DNA of 64,000 bases, taken from assembly GCA_964016885.1 (NCBI GenBank), contig OZ024741.1:212226001-212290000 (forward strand), in the 5' to 3' direction. Every line of letters begins with the position of its first letter. The first letter of the stretch is position 1. Position numbers and translations under genes: made by a program. Source of the DNA: Eledone cirrhosa (Eukaryota). Below the pieces are notes generated by a model. It worked only from the letters and a program-made list of their open reading frames with translations. It ran no database searches and was not told where the DNA came from. Positions 13,122-26,677 of the stretch are shown here, one piece after another.

Positions 13122-15000
13122 TTATGTAGTCTGCTGTGAAATGTCTGTGTGTTCAATTATGTAAGTCATTAGTTTCTTGTTGTGTGTATTTATTGCCGTG
13201 CATTTGTTTTCGTGGGGGTGGTGTGGGGTTCTGCTATTTTCTTGTCGTTGTTGCTGGGTGTGTGTGTTTTGTTGTTGTGTTTGCGATGTTGGTGCTTGTG
13301 GTGGTGGTGTTGAAGGTGTTGTTGTTGTTGGCGGTGAGGTTGTCGCCGGTGGTGATGGTGGTGCTAGTGTGGATGGTGATGGTGTTGGTGGTGTTGCTGC
13401 TGTGAGTCTCTTTGCAGTAGCCTTTACCCTTTTTTCATTTCTTTCTTCCCTTTTCGAAGGCGACGATGCGCTGCTTCTGCGTTTGTGCCTTCTTGCGACC
13501 TTTTGCCATCCCTCTCCCACCTCACACTCCATGTCTGATTCTGTGAGGTCGGGGAGGGGTACCAGCCCCACTCTTTCACTTGTTGTTGTTGGTGATGTTT
13601 GCAGTGGAGTCTCTGTTGGAGTTGCAGTTGGTATTACTGTTGTTGTTGGTAATAATTCCACTGCTGCTGCTGTTCTTGATTTCCGTGGCGTGGCTATGGG
13701 TGCCACGGACCTATCGTTCCTGGTTGCCGCATGTCCTGTTGCTGGTAGCAGTGGAGCCGGTATCGGAAGGAGGGGGGTTTTCTCCTTCCTCAAGGTCTTC
13801 TCGTTGCAGAAGGCCCTGAGGTGAGTCTTCGATCCACAGCGAAAGCATTTCGGGCGTTTGCACTCAACACTTATGGGCAGTTGAGTGCCGTTATCGAAGT
13901 CTATCACATCCGGGATAGCTTCGATGCACTCTTGGTTGGTTTGGATTAACATCTCAATGGAGGTGCCGACCCGATCTTCTCTTAAACTTTTCTGTACTTG
14001 CAGTACAGTTGTTTTGTCCTCGATTCCGACGAGGACAAACGCGGCAAGCCAATAAGGGGCCATCCCGGGGGGGGGGGGGGGGGACGTGGGTCATTTTGAC
14101 CCTCTCAATGTTTTGCCCGCAGTAGGAGGGCACCAACACCATTTCCTCGCTCCTTAGGGTCACTAAGGATTGAGCCTTTGCCTCCTGGGGTGTGACAAAA
14201 AGCACGTCTACGGTGGCATATTTCTTGCCTCGGGTGATATGCGTTTTCCGCTGCCACACAGACCCTAAGGCTTTTTGTATTTGAGCCTCTGTGGCTCTTT
14301 CAACCCTACGGGATGTTGTGCTTACCGTACGGTACGTGACTGTACAATGCTGTTGGGTTTCGAAATATTTCTCGGCTGCCTTGCAGATTGCTCGGTGTCT
14401 GGTTTTCGTCACCATCTTCTTCGCTTCCTCTAATTCCTCATTTCTTATGAGGATGGTTTCCAGGTTCTTTGCGATACCTGCAAACGTGATTGGTTTTTCT
14501 TTGCTGCTGTTGTTGTTGATGTCGTCAGAGCTGCTGTTACTTTTGTTGTTGCTGCAGCTACTACGACTACTGCCGCCGCTGCTGTTGCTGTGGTTGTTGT
14601 TGTTGTTGCTGCTGATGCTGTTGTTGTTGCTGTTGCTGCTAATGCTGTTGTTGTTTATGCTGCTGCTGGTGTTGTTTCGGCTGCTACTGTTGTTTTCCTT
14701 GTCACTGTTGCTGCTGCTGCTGATATTACGGCTGCTACTGCTATTATTCATGACGTCAGACGAATGAAATGGGTTTTCGTATTTACAGCACACCTTTTTC
14801 GTCGTTGTCGTCCTCGTGGAGAAATTTTCTATGCTTTGTTCGTGATTTTTCTTTACTGGCGTCGCTTGCGAAGGGAGGGAGAGAGACACATTTAGAGAAG
14901 GGAGGGAGAGAGACAATCTTCTCTCTGCTGTAGTGACGATTGAGGAAGAAGAAGACGGAATGAGTGGGAGTGACCTATGAAAATTCTTTTTCGTAGCCAT
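13122..15000 (-). pseudogene. LINE ORF1 (gag-like, CCHC zinc knuckle), split by a frameshift in a C17 run
   Basis: CFRCGSKTHLRAFC (CX2CX4HX4C), N-terminal Asn/Ser tract, Pro/Thr-rich C-terminus, position upstream of ORF2. Confidence 0.8.
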
Positions 15001-15244
15001 GTTTTTTTTTTGTTTAAAATAAATATTGGGCACAAAACCCCAATAAGCGGTTATTTAAGCCCGAAGGGCCAAATAACGGGCAGAAAGACCCTTCTCACGA
15101 GGAGGAGGGTGTTTTTGTCTACCATTTGGTTAAAGTTTTAAACAATTTACAATTGTTATAGCGGTCAAAATTTAGAATACCTTACAGAGCCGAGCCTCCG
15201 TCAACCATGGAATTCAATAATAATAATAATAATAGTAATAATTG

Positions 15245-16700
15245 ATAAATGATATATGTATGCAATTTGGTATTAGTAAGTGTGGAATCCTTGTGATGAA
15301 GAGGGGTACATTGAGCAGAAACAACGGAATCTAGGTACCAACAGGTGAGATTATAAAGGAAATTGATGCTGAAGATGGATACAAATATTTAGGTGTTCTG
15401 GAGGCTGATGACATAAAGAACAAAAAAAATGAAGGAATTGATAAGATCTGAATACATTCGGAGTGTAAGCAGCGTATTAAAGTCAGATCTGAACAGTAGG
15501 AATGCCATAAGTGCAGTAAATTCCCGAGCTGTGTGTATTATTATGTACAGTGCGGGAATTCTGAGATGGAATGTTGCTAAACAAAAAGAAATGGATAGGA
15601 AGACTAGGAAGCTATTGACTATCTACAACATGTTCCACAAAAGGAGTGATGTCGATAGACTCTACTTAAGGAGATCTGAAGTTGGAAGAGGTCTTATCAG
15701 CATAGAGGACTGTGTTCAGATGGAGAAAAATAACCTAGACAAATACGTGACTGATAGTAGGGAGGGAGCCAATGCTCAGAATTGTACTGAAGGAGCGGAC
15801 AATAGACCAGGGGATGTCCAAGGAGGAAATAACAACAAGGAGAAAGAGCAACCTTCATGAAAAATCCCTTCATAGTACCTTCTTTGAGAAAACTGGATTT
15901 AGAGATACACAGACATGAAACTGGTTGAAAAGAGGAGACCTTAAAAAGGCTACAGAAGGAATGCTAATGGCTGCGCAAGAGCATCCCCTCAAAACTAAGT
16001 GGCTGAAACACCATATTTACAAGGAGGAGGCTAACCCACTGTGCAGGATCTGTGGAGAGAGAGAGGAGACTGTGGCTCACATTGTATCCGAGTGTAATCA
16101 TCTAGCCCAGACTCACTATAAAGGCTGGAGACATGATGTGATGGGCAGGGTGATCCACTGGCACCTATGCAAAGTAAACACTTTACCACATTCTGAGAAG
16201 TGGTATGAGCATAAGCCAGAGTCGCTGATGGAAAACAATCAGGTGAAGGTGCTGTCGGATTTTAGGATACAGCGGACAAGAAACTGGAACACAATAGACC
16301 TGACCTGGGGGTTTGGGACAAGGGAAAAAGATCGTGCCTGATTGTGGATGTAGCCTGACCATTCGATACGAGAGTGCAAGAGAAGGAGATGGAGAAAATT
16401 AATCGATACCAGGACTTAAAGTGGGAGGTAAAAAGGATTTGGAACTGCCATGAAGTCAAAGTGGTCCCGATTGTCATCGGCGCACTAGGTACTCTCTCAA
16501 AGAGTTTCCAAAGATGGTAAAAGAAAATTGGTCCCACCCCGCTTTTTGGAACACTTCAAAAGGCATGCTTGCTGGGAACAGCAAGAACCCTCCGATACGT
16601 CCTGAATATCTGAGGCTGCAGGTAGTGGCTTGATATTCATTTCAACAAACTTTCCAGTTAAATAACATCAATGACTGAGACTCAAAGAACAATAATAATT
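15245..16700 (+). mobile_element. 5'-truncated R4/Dong-like RLE LINE (element A)
   Basis: MQFGISKC, YKYLGVLE, DVDRLYLRR..GRGL, CCHC CRICGEREETVAHIVSEC, RHD, PD..D. Starts and ends in TAA repeats. Confidence 0.85.
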
Positions 16701-17009
16701 CCCACTATTCCCCCACTATCTTCTGTTAACTTAAGAAAGGGGAAGGTGGCGATATCACTAGACAAAGGAGAGGCTAGCAAAAGACATAAATAGACTGACA
16801 TAGTGACCGGTCAAACGTCAACGACTATGGCACTGCTGCCTCTCCCCTTCCCCACCAACAAAATAAAAAGCCCCAGCACCACCACCGACATAGCCAACAA
16901 CAATAACAGGCAACTTCAACGAAAAGTATATTATATTCTTAATAATAATTTCATTCTTAATCTACGCAATGCTCACATTAAGGAACCACTCATGATAATA
17001 ACAATTTAA

Positions 17010-20000
17010 AAAACAACAAAAAAAGAAAGCCCCGTGACCAAGAAATACCGGGATGGAGGCCGGCGGGGAATAGCCGTGTTTCTAGGAGAGGACGACCCCT
17101 CTAGTCTTCGTTGACACTCGTCCTAGAAGTTGTAACACGAAATTATTACCCCTTGGCGGTTAAGGATAAAACGCGATAAAATAAAGTAAATGTCAAACGA
17201 TAAAATCTCATATCGGATCGGCCGTCACCCGGGTCAAAAAGGGCCGTGTCCCTCAGAGAGGAACCAGACTGGGGTCGAAAAATCAGCTAATCGTTCAAAC
17301 CTTCCCATCGCTTCGGAGCTGGACACCTCCCATAAACGGAATACTCCTACTGTTAGCCCTCCATGCTCACCACCAAGAAATCCAAAGAAAAAGATATAAA
17401 AATGGTCAAGGGAAGACAATAAAGAAGTCTTTGTGGCTTTCTACACTGCCATGTACAACCCATCAAATAGATCGAATACAGAACATATATACAGACATAT
17501 ACAGACATATATACAGACATATATCAACTGGAAAAGGAAACATCCCGAAAACAGAGGCTATATTGACAGTAACAAACTAGCCAATATACGAAGAAATATT
17601 GTTAAAAAAAAAGTTGCTAACTGATATAGAAATTGATCAGATCAAGCTTTTAGCACAATGTCAGCGAAGGGAAAATGAAACATGTGTCAGTGAAAACGAG
17701 GTAAATTGTAACACTTCGAATGCCAGGGTTGGGGCGGAATCACTGACAACAGAACAAATTAAAGAAAGGATCGAAAAAGTGGAGGGAGTGCATGCTCAAG
17801 ATGAAACTCAAAATGAAAACTATGAGATCGCAAATGATAAAGAAATGAATGAGAATGAACTTACCACCTTGAAGGATGAAATTATGATCGAATGGATGAA
17901 AATGAAAGAATCTGACATGGGGGAACAAGACACTCTCTCTAAGATCCAGAACTCCAAAGAGAACCAAAAGATAAAACACAAGACTAACATAATTCTTAAA
18001 AACATTATCATCACAAACAAACTAAACATTACTGATCTAAATCATCTCTATTATGCATCGGTTAAAGTCACCACTCACATATGTGGAGTGAAAATTAAAA
18101 AAAACAAAGGAATTCCCACAAGAAATCTTCTTGGCAAGAGAACATCAATCGCCAAATAAACCTTCTCCTATCTGACAGAAATTTTAACAAACTACAAAGT
18201 AGGTGAACATGTTAAACAAACTAAACTTAGAAAATTGAAAAGAAAATAGAGTATAAAATTAACAAATGACATAGACATGCTGATAGAAATAATCAAGCAA
18301 AAAGTGTCGGGCAAAGCTGCTCGTGTAAGGCGCTTTGAAAAACGATATAGATTCTATAAGGACAATAATATGTTCAAAAACAGCCAAAGAAACTTCTACA
18401 GAAAAATTGGCAAGTCAACAATAACTGCTAAATCAATACCACTCAAGGAGGAAGTGCAAGAACTCTGGGAAAAGATCTGGGCCGAAGAAAAACTCCATAA
18501 TATATATGCCCCATGAATAGAAAGACAAAGGAAAGATACAGCTCACCTTGAGGAACAAATATGGGAAAATATAACAGTTGAACAGTTGCGTTTGGCTCTT
18601 AGAACAACCAGCAAATGGAAATACCCAATATTTGGATAAATGCCTTCACAGAGTCTCACGAGCTGTTAGCCCAACTTTACAATGAAATAGTTAAGGAGCC
18701 AGAAGAGATACCATCATGGCATTACATTCCTGCCTCCAAAGAATGATGAGACAAACAATCCCAAACATTACAGACCGATAACTTGCTTGACCACAATGTA
18801 TAATATTTTAACATCAGTCCTAACTGAATATACATATGACCACCTGATAACAAATGACCTATTTCCCAATGAGCAGAAAGGGTGAAAACGAGGCTCATAT
18901 GGCTGTAAGGATCAGCTTTTGGTTAACAAAATGATACTGGAAGATTCTCATAATAGACACAAAAATCTATCAATTGCTTGGATAGATTATAAAAAAGCAT
19001 TCGATAGTTTGCCACACAGTTGGATTAAAAAATGTTTAGAGATTTTCAAAATATCTCCTATTGTCAGGAGGTTCCTGTCATTCAGTATGAAGACATGGAA
19101 AACGACACTCCTTTTGAATAGTAAGAAAAAATCACTAGAAGCTGGAGAAGTTAATATTAATTCTGGATTTTTCAGGGTGACTCTTTATCACCACTTTTAT
19201 TTTATTCTGCATCGCACTTATACCATTAAGTAAAATGCTCAATGAAACAAAACATGGATATAAAGTCTATGACAAAACCATTAATTAGTTCTACAAGGAT
19301 GACCTGAAACTATTTGCAATTAATGATGAACAATTGCAAGGGCTATTATCCACTGTGAAGCAGTTCAGTGATGACATTAAAATGGAGTTTGGACGAGATA
19401 AATGCGCCAAAGCAACGTTCACCAGAGGAAAGCTGCTGAAAAGTTCAGACATTAATCTTGATCGGGGGAATGTGATAAGAGAACTTGATCAAGAGGAAAC
19501 TTACAAATATCTAGGTGTTTGTGAAGGAGACGGAAACAATCACTCGACAATGAGGGATAGGATAAGGAAGGAATGTTACCGCAAAGTAAGAGCAATCTTA
19601 AGAACGGAATTGAATGCAAGGAATAGGATCGATGCCAAGAACACGCTTGCCATACCAATAGTAACCTACAGTTACAATGTCATCAACTGGTCAAGCACAG
19701 AAATCCGTAGGCTCGATACAAAAAGTAGAAAATTCTTAACCATGCACAGAATGCATCACCCTAAGGCAGATACAGATATATACAGATATATATCTCTCTA
19801 TGAAATAAGAAGGTCGTGGGTTATTCCAGTTAGTTATTGCGTTGAAAACTGCAACAATTGGATTATCTACATATCTAAGGGAATCACATGATTGGATGAT
19901 TAAACTCGAAACACGAAAGCATCAAAAGATCATACTCCATTACAAAAGATGCACAAAGATAAAGTAATGGACTACAAATTCCAGAAGTCTCATTTATTGC

Positions 20001-20983
20001 TGAAATGGTATACACAGAAAAAGCAAAGCAGGTAAAAGTAACTGCAAAGAAAGAACTGCTACAGAAACTGGCTAAGAAATGGCAAGAAAAGCCTCTGTAT
20101 GGAAAATACCCAGAAAGAGCTAACAATCCTGATGTTGACAAAACTTTAACCCATCACTGGTTGACATCCTCTGGACTGAAATCGGAGACTGAAGGACTGA
20201 TTATACAGCACAAGATCAGTGTCTGCCAACAAAAAATTACCAAGCCAACATAATAAAAGAATGGATGTAACCCATTATGCCGTGTATGTAAAAAAACAAC
20301 CTGAGAGCATTGATCATATAATTTCAATGAGCAGTCCTATAGCTCCAACCGAATAGCTAAACAGGCATGACAGAGCTGCACAATACATACATTGGATAAT
20401 GTGTAAGCATTTTGACCTGCCCCATCAAAAGAATTGGTGGTAGCATCAACCACCTCCCATACTTGAAGAAGATCACATCTCTTGTGGAACTTTAGCATCC
20501 AAACAGACCAAAACATAAATGCAAATAGACCTGATATAATACTGAAGGACTTTAAAAAGAGGGTATGCCTTCTAATTGATATGTCCGTTCTAATAGACAA
20601 GAATGTATCTATAAAAACATTTGAAAAATTGAGCAAGTATAAGGACCTGGAGATAGAATTGGGAAAATGTGGAAATTGAGAACTAAAACAATACCAGTGG
20701 TTGTAGGCGCTCTAGGAATGATACCTAACGGGTCTAATGATTACATATCGCAAATCCCAGTAAACCCGCGTATAGGAGAAATACAAAGATAGTACTAATT
20801 GGAACTGCCCATATACTAAGGAAGATTCTGTCAATATAACTACATCACAAGTCTAAATACCTAAAGATGCATGTGTGTATATGTATGTTCTTTCTTGAAC
20901 ATGGCTGACCTTGTTGTCTCATGAGGTCACTGGATATGATTTGGTGATAACTCGTATGAACATAAAGCAAGATAAATGCAACT

Positions 20984-21024
<41 letters not shown>

Positions 21025-21030
21025 AATAAT
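17010..21030 (+). mobile_element. Near full-length decayed R4/Dong-like RLE LINE (element B), ORF remnants ~17190-20840, (TAA)n tail
   Basis: RT motifs YRPITCL, GSYGCKDQL, AWIDYKKAFDSLPHSW, QGDSLSP, YKDDLKLF. CCHC, RHD, RPDII, KLSKYKDL. Confidence 0.9.
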
Positions 21031-21196
21031 AAAAACAGGACGATGTGTTTTACCTTCCTTACGTTTATTGAGTAGTGGCGCTCGTTTATTGAGTAGCTTT
21101 ACAGGTTTATTCTGTCATTACCACAGCAGAGGTCCGACGAACATTTGATTCCAGAGTCGGGCCAGATCGATACAGTTCGAAACTTGATCCAACTTA

Positions 21197-22003
21197 TGGA
21201 TTTAGAGATACACAGACATGAAACTGGTTGAAAAGAGGAGACCTTAAAAAGGCTACAGAAGGAATGCTAATGGCTGCGCAAGAGCAGCCCCTCAAAACTA
21301 AGTGGCTGAAACACCATATTTACAAGGAGGAGGCTAACCCACTGTGCAGGATCTGTGGAGAGAGAGAGGAGACTGTGGCTCACATTGTATCCGAGTGTAA
21401 TCATCTAGCCCAGACTCACTATAAAGGCTGGAGACATGATGTGATGGGCAGGGTGATCCACTGGCACCTATGCAAAGTAAACACTTTACCACATTCTGAG
21501 AAGTGGTATGAGCATAAGCCAGAGTCGCTGATGGAAAACAATCAGGTGAAGGTGCTGTCGGATTTTAGGATACAGCGGACAAGAAACTGGAACACAATAG
21601 ACCTGACCTGGGGGTTTGGGACAAGGGAAAAAGATCGTGCCTGATTGTGGATGTAGCCTGACCATTCGATACGAGAGTGCAAGAGAAGGAGATGGAGAAA
21701 ATTAATCGATACCAGGACTTAAAGTGGGAGGTAAAAAGGATTTGGAACTGCCATGAAGTCAAAGTGGTCCCGATTGTCATCGGCGCACTAGGTACTCTCT
21801 CAAAGAGTTTCCAAAGATGGTAAAAGAAAATTGGTCCCACCCCGCTTTTTGGAACACTTCAAAAGGCATGCTTGCTGGGAACAGCAAGAACCCTCCGATA
21901 CGTCCTGAATATCTGAGGCTGCAGGTAGTGGCTTGATATTCATTTCAACAAACTTTCCAGTTAAATAACATCAATGACTGAGACTCAAAGAACAATAATA
22001 ATT
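21197..22003 (+). mobile_element. Duplicated 3' part of R4/Dong-like element A
   Basis: Copy of 15894-16700. Confidence 0.88.
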
Positions 22004-22312
22004 CCCACTATTCCCCCACTATCTTCTGTTAACTTAAGAAAGGGGAAGGTGGCGATATCACTAGACAAAGGAGAGGCTAGCAAAAGACATAAATAGACTG
22101 ACATAGTGACCGGTCAAACGTCAACGACTATGGCACTGCTGCCTCTCCCCTTCCCCACCAACAAAATAAAAAGCCCCAGCACCACCACCGACATAGCCAA
22201 CAACAATAACAGGCAACTTCAATGAAAAGTATATTATATTCTTAATAATAATTTCATTCTTAATCTACGCAATGCTCACATTAAGGAACCACTCATGATA
22301 ATAACAATTTAA

Positions 22313-25300
22313 AAAACAACAAAAAAAGAAAGCCCCGTGACCAAGAAATACCGGGATGGAGGCCGGCGGGGAATAGCCGTGTTTCTAGGAGAGGACGACC
22401 CCTCTAGTCTTCGTTGACACTCGTCCTAGAAGTTGTAACACGAAATTATTACCCCTTGGCGGTTAAGGATAAAACGCGATAAAATAAAGTAAATGTCAAA
22501 CGATAAAATCTCATATCGGATCGGCCGTCACCCGGGTCAAAAAGGGCCGTGTCCCTCAGAGAGGAACCAGACTGGGGTCGAAAAATCAGCTAATCGTTCA
22601 AACCTTCCCATCGCTTCGGAGCTGGACACCTCCCATAAACGGAATACTCCTACTGTTAGCCCTCCATGCTCACCACCAAGAAATCCAAAGAAAAAGATAT
22701 AAAAATGGTCAAGGGAAGACAATAAAGAAGTCTTTGTGGCTTTCTACACTGCCATGTACAACCCATCAAATAGATCGAATACAGAACATATATACAGACA
22801 TATACAGACATATATACAGACATATATCAACTGGAAAAGGAAACATCCCGAAAACAGAGGCTATATTGACAGTAACAAACTAGCCAATATACGAAGAAAT
22901 ATTGTTAAAAAAAAAGTTGCTAACTGATATAGAAATTGATCAGATCAAGCTTTTAGCACAATGTCAGCGAAGGGAAAATGAAACATGTGTCAGTGAAAAC
23001 GAGGTAAATTGTAACACTTCGAATGCCAGGGTTGGGGCGGAATCACTGACAACAGAACAAATTAAAGAAAGGATCGAAAAAGTGGAGGGAGTGCATGCTC
23101 AAGATGAAACTCAAAATGAAAACTATGAGATCGCAAATGATAAAGAAATGAATGAGAATGAACTTACCACCTTGAAGGATGAAATTATGATCGAATGGAT
23201 GAAAATGAAAGAATCTGACATGGGGGAACAAGACACTCTCTCTAAGATCCAGAACTCCAAAGAGAACCAAAAGATAAAACACAAGACTAACATAATTCTT
23301 AAAAACATTATCATCACAAACAAACTAAACATTACTGATCTAAATCATCTCTATTATGCATCGGTTAAAGTCACCACTCACATATGTGGAGTGAAAATTA
23401 AAAAAAACAAAGGAATTCCCACAAGAAATCTTCTTGGCAAGAGAACATCAATCGCCAAATAAACCTTCTCCTATCTGACAGAAATTTTAACAAACTACAA
23501 AGTAGGTGAACATGTTAAACAAACTAAACTTAGAAAATTGAAAAGAAAATAGAGTATAAAATTAACAAATGACATAGACATGCTGATAGAAATAATCAAG
23601 CAAAAAGTGTCGGGCAAAGCTGCTCGTGTAAGGCGCTTTGAAAAACGATATAGATTCTATAAGGACAATAATATGTTCAAAAACAGCCAAAGAAACTTCT
23701 ACAGAAAAATTGGCAAGTCAACAATAACTGCTAAATCAATACCACTCAAGGAGGAAGTGCAAGAACTCTGGGAAAAGATCTGGGCCGAAGAAAAACTCCA
23801 TAATATATATGCCCCATGAATAGAAAGACAAAGGAAAGATACAGCTCACCTTGAGGAACAAATATGGGAAAATATAACAGTTGAACAGTTGCGTTTGGCT
23901 CTTAGAACAACCAGCAAATGGAAATACCCAATATTTGGATAAATGCCTTCACAGAGTCTCACGAGCTGTTAGCCCAACTTTACAATGAAATAGTTAAGGA
24001 GCCAGAAGAGATACCATCATGGCATTACATTCCTGCCTCCAAAGAATGATGAGACAAACAATCCCAAACATTACAGACCGATAACTTGCTTGACCACAAT
24101 GTATAATATTTTAACATCAGTCCTAACTGAATATACATATGACCACCTGATAACAAATGACCTATTTCCCAATGAGCAGAAAGGGTGAAAACGAGGCTCA
24201 TATGGCTGTAAGGATCAGCTTTTGGTTAACAAAATGATACTGGAAGATTCTCATAATAGACACAAAAATCTATCAATTGCTTGGATAGATTATAAAAAAG
24301 CATTCGATAGTTTGCCACACAGTTGGATTAAAAAATGTTTAGAGATTTTCAAAATATCTCCTATTGTCAGGAGGTTCCTGTCATTCAGTATGAAGACATG
24401 GAAAACGACACTCCTTTTGAATAGTAAGAAAAAATCACTAGAAGCTGGAGAAGTTAATATTAATTCTGGATTTTTCAGGGTGACTCTTTATCACCACTTT
24501 TATTTTATTCTGCATCGCACTTATACCATTAAGTAAAATGCTCAATGAAACAAAACATGGATATAAAGTCTATGACAAAACCATTAATTAGTTCTACAAG
24601 GATGACCTGAAACTATTTGCAATTAATGATGAACAATTGCAAGGGCTATTATCCACTGTGAAGCAGTTCAGTGATGACATTAAAATGGAGTTTGGACGAG
24701 ATAAATGCGCCAAAGCAACGTTCACCAGAGGAAAGCTGCTGAAAAGTTCAGACATTAATCTTGATCGGGGGAATGTGATAAGAGAACTTGATCAAGAGGA
24801 AACTTACAAATATCTAGGTGTTTGTGAAGGAGACGGAAACAATCACTCGACAATGAGGGATAGGATAAGGAAGGAATGTTACCGCAAAGTAAGAGCAATC
24901 TTAAGAACGGAATTGAATGCAAGGAATAGGATCGATGCCAAGAACACGCTTGCCATACCAATAGTAACCTACAGTTACAATGTCATCAACTGGTCAAGCA
25001 CAGAAATCCGTAGGCTCGATACAAAAAGTAGAAAATTCTTAACCATGCACAGAATGCATCACCCTAAGGCAGATACAGATATATACAGATATATATCTCT
25101 CTATGAAATAAGAAGGTCGTGGGTTATTCCAGTTAGTTATTGCGTTGAAAACTGCAACAATTGGATTATCTACATATCTAAGGGAATCACATGATTGGAT
25201 GATTAAACTCGAAACACGAAAGCATCAAAAGATCATACTCCATTACAAAAGATGCACAAAGATAAAGTAATGGACTACAAATTCCAGAAGTCTCATTTAT

Positions 25301-26286
25301 TGCTGAAATGGTATACACAGAAAAAGCAAAGCAGGTAAAAGTAACTGCAAAGAAAGAACTGCTACAGAAACTGGCTAAGAAATGGCAAGAAAAGCCTCTG
25401 TATGGAAAATACCCAGAAAGAGCTAACAATCCTGATGTTGACAAAACTTTAACCCATCACTGGTTGACATCCTCTGGACTGAAATCGGAGACTGAAGGAC
25501 TGATTATACAGCACAAGATCAGTGTCTGCCAACAAAAAATTACCAAGCCAACATAATAAAAGAATGGATGTAACCCATTATGCCGTGTATGTAAAAAAAC
25601 AACCTGAGAGCATTGATCATATAATTTCAATGAGCAGTCCTATAGCTCCAACCGAATAGCTAAACAGGCATGACAGAGCTGCACAATACATACATTGGAT
25701 AATGTGTAAGCATTTTGACCTGCCCCATCAAAAGAATTGGTGGTAGCATCAACCACCTCCCATACTTGAAGAAGATCACATCTCTTGTGGAACTTTAGCA
25801 TCCAAACAGACCAAAACATAGATGCAAATAGACCTGATATAATACTGAAGGACTTTAAAAAGAGGGTATGCCTTCTAATTGATATGTCCGTTCTAATAGA
25901 CAAGAATGTATCTATAAAAACATTTGAAAAATTGAGCAAGTATAAGGACCTGGAGATAGAATTGGGAAAATGTGGAAATTGAGAACTAAAACAATACCAG
26001 TGGTTGTAGGCGCTCTAGGAATGATACCTAACGGGTCTAATGATTACATATCGCAAATCCCAGTAAACCCGCGTATAGGAGAAATACAAAGATAGTACTA
26101 ATTGGAACTGCCCATATACTAAGGAAGATTCTGTCAATATAACTACATCACAAGTCTAAATACCTAAAGATGCATGTGTGTATATGTATGTTCTTTCTTG
26201 AACATGGCTGACCTTGTTGTCTCATGAGGTCACTGGATATGATTTGGTGATAACTCGTATGAACATAAAGCAAGATAAATGCAACT

Positions 26287-26327
<41 letters not shown>

Positions 26328-26333
26328 AATAAT
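22313..26333 (+). mobile_element. Duplicated R4/Dong-like element B
   Basis: Copy of 17010-21030 with the same disablements. Confidence 0.9.
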
Positions 26334-26601
26334 AAAAACAGGACGATGTGTTTTACCTTCCTTACGTTTATTGAGTAGTGGCGCTCGTTTATTGAGTAGC
26401 TTTACAGGTTTATTCTGTCATTACCACAGCAGAGGTCCGACGAACATTTGATTCCAGAGTCGGGCCAGATCGATACAGTTCGAAACTTGATCCAACTTAT
26501 GCAGCTTCATATGCAAATGAGATTATTTAACTCATTTAAACAGACGAGAAAACCATATATTCTTGCCTGATTTCAAGTCCAGCAGTGGGAAGAGTGGGAG
26601 G

Positions 26602-26647
26602 GATCGTCCCGATGAGAACCATATAAGTTTGAAATGCATCGATGATT
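26602..26647 (+). ncRNA. Type I hammerhead-like motif (U4C core variant)
   Basis: GATCGTC-CCGATGA-GAAC/GTTT-GAAA-TGCA-TC-GATGATT; helix I extends via GGAGG/CCTCC. Confidence 0.6.
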
Positions 26648-26677
26648 GTCCTCCTTGCTTCTGGTGAAGAAAGGAAA

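Larger units (their letters stand above)
9209..15215 (-). mobile_element. Full-length decayed Tx1/L1-clade non-LTR retrotransposon
   Basis: Two ORFs, elevated GC, AATAAA just before the 3' end, (TAA)n on both sides. Confidence 0.9.
15894..26499 (+). repeat. Tandem segmental duplication, 2 x 5303 bp (15894-21196, 21197-26499)
   Basis: ORF track repeats at offset 5303; only three substitutions noticed; TG microhomology at the junction. Confidence 0.97.

Noticed and set aside
13177-14895. Plus-strand Val/Gly- and Leu-rich ORFs resembling membrane proteins
   Set aside because: Antisense shadows of the low-complexity LINE ORF1.
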